From Nageia nagi (lineage: Eukaryota > Plantae > Pinophyta): DNA of 64,000 bases. The stretch is taken from the NCBI GenBank assembly GCA_050084985.1, contig JBITNC010000001.1:11718001-11782000 (forward strand), in the 5' to 3' direction. Below the pieces are notes generated by a model. The model saw only the letters and a program-made list of their open reading frames with translations. It searched no databases and was not told the DNA's origin. Made by a program: the position numbers and the translations under genes. Positions within the stretch are counted from its first letter, which is position 1, and every line of letters starts with the position of its first letter. Of the stretch, positions 63,020-64,000 are shown in pieces.

Positions 63020-64000
63020 ATGGTTAATACTTTATCTCAAATAGCTCATCTAGAGCAAGAACTGAACAATTAAAACTATTTAGAAGAACGAAGAAGTCAT
63101 ACATCTAGTAGGAACACTTTGAGAGGAAAAACTCATTGAGAAAAAAATATAGCTTATTTAAATCCTATTGATAATGATTAGATAGAGTTAGAAAATGTCT
63201 AACATAACTAATAATCCCTCATTCTTCTCATGCCCATAGTGTTCTTGTAGATCTAGATTATTTAGTAGAAGACACACAACAAGTTGATGGTGTAGAAGAG
63301 ATTGTATTAAGAAATATACCCTCTTTAAAAACTCACTCAGTTGATATTGTACTTCAAAGAGGTTCTTTTATAGATAAGTATGATCATGTCACATGATATC
63401 TATCAAATAGATGTCTAGTTCAATCATATCTAAGAAGAGATGATTATACTCCTTCCAATATTTCTAGGCAAACAAAAGAATTTGGTGATCAAATATACAT
63501 ACACATAGCTACCCCTATGCTAGAATCAAGAGATCATTCTAGAGTTTATAATAATCTCTATTACATTTTAAAATCAAATAGATCTACTCTTTTTCCAAGC
63601 CATAGAACACCTATACAAGGATGTAAGGTAAGAGATAATCGTGATCCAACAAGGTTATAAGGAATATCTCCTTATAAGCATAGGAAAGAAAATCCACCCC
63701 AAAATAAAATTCAACACCAAACACAACAACAAATGGTTTTGTATAATATAGGTGTACAATAACACATTAAACCCATAGGATTTGCTCAAAAACCATAGTT
63801 GCAAGCATAAACCCTGTTCTCAATATACATCAAAATAGACCACCAATAAGGAAACCTATGGACTGTATAAATATCAATATCCTTACCTAGTTAAGAGAAA
63901 AGAAGCTTCACTTAGAAAATAACAAGATGAGATTCAAAGGTATCATTTACCTCCACTTAGAAACAAAGGAAAATCACATTATCCTCCTAGATCACCATTA
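63020..64000 (+). mobile_element. possible decayed gag N-terminus of a further Gypsy element
   Basis: MVNTLSQ start (MVxTRSQ-like, as in G1 and G2) after an A-rich leader, followed by P/Q/N-rich coding-like sequence with stops. Confidence 0.3.

Noticed and set aside
1-64000. tRNA or rRNA genes, organellar or viral insertions, prokaryotic defence systems
   Set aside because: None recognised; tRNA similarity is limited to 12-18 nt PBS motifs.

Overview
AT-rich plant nuclear DNA, most likely from a gymnosperm (inferred from the conifer-style PLS-PPR fragment, the Tat/Ogre, Copia and L1 content and the heavy C-to-T erosion). Almost all of it is a nested retrotransposon graveyard, and no intact protein-coding gene is visible. 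The left end holds an R2R3-MYB gene (minus strand) with an intact exon 1, a half-deleted exon 2, and an Ale-like Copia inserted 2 nt into intron 2; that Copia is itself interrupted by a Tat/Ogre LTR. A decayed L1 LINE (about 3.6-13.9 kb) is split by a full-length decayed Copia (7078-13686), and a PPR-DYW pseudogene fragment sits at about 17.4-17.9 kb. Two Tat/Ogre-like Gypsy hosts (LTR+PBS at 18.5 kb and 33.2 kb; pol at 44.4-53.1 kb) carry five nested TSD-bounded LTR elements: three pol-less ones (20653-27005, 27228-32022, 27892-30409) and two decayed Copias (36635-44373, 46635-51680). The right end has a head-to-head cluster of related LTR-like units (54.2-57.7 kb) and gag fragments. I see no convincing new biological system. 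The best leads are structural: the MYB knock-out history, the non-autonomous elements, the unusual leader of the Copia at 36.6-44.4 kb (extra coiled-coil ORF, ACTAAC array), double PPTs, a tRNA-Trp PBS and local CpG-retaining islands. All coordinates and alignments were read by eye.
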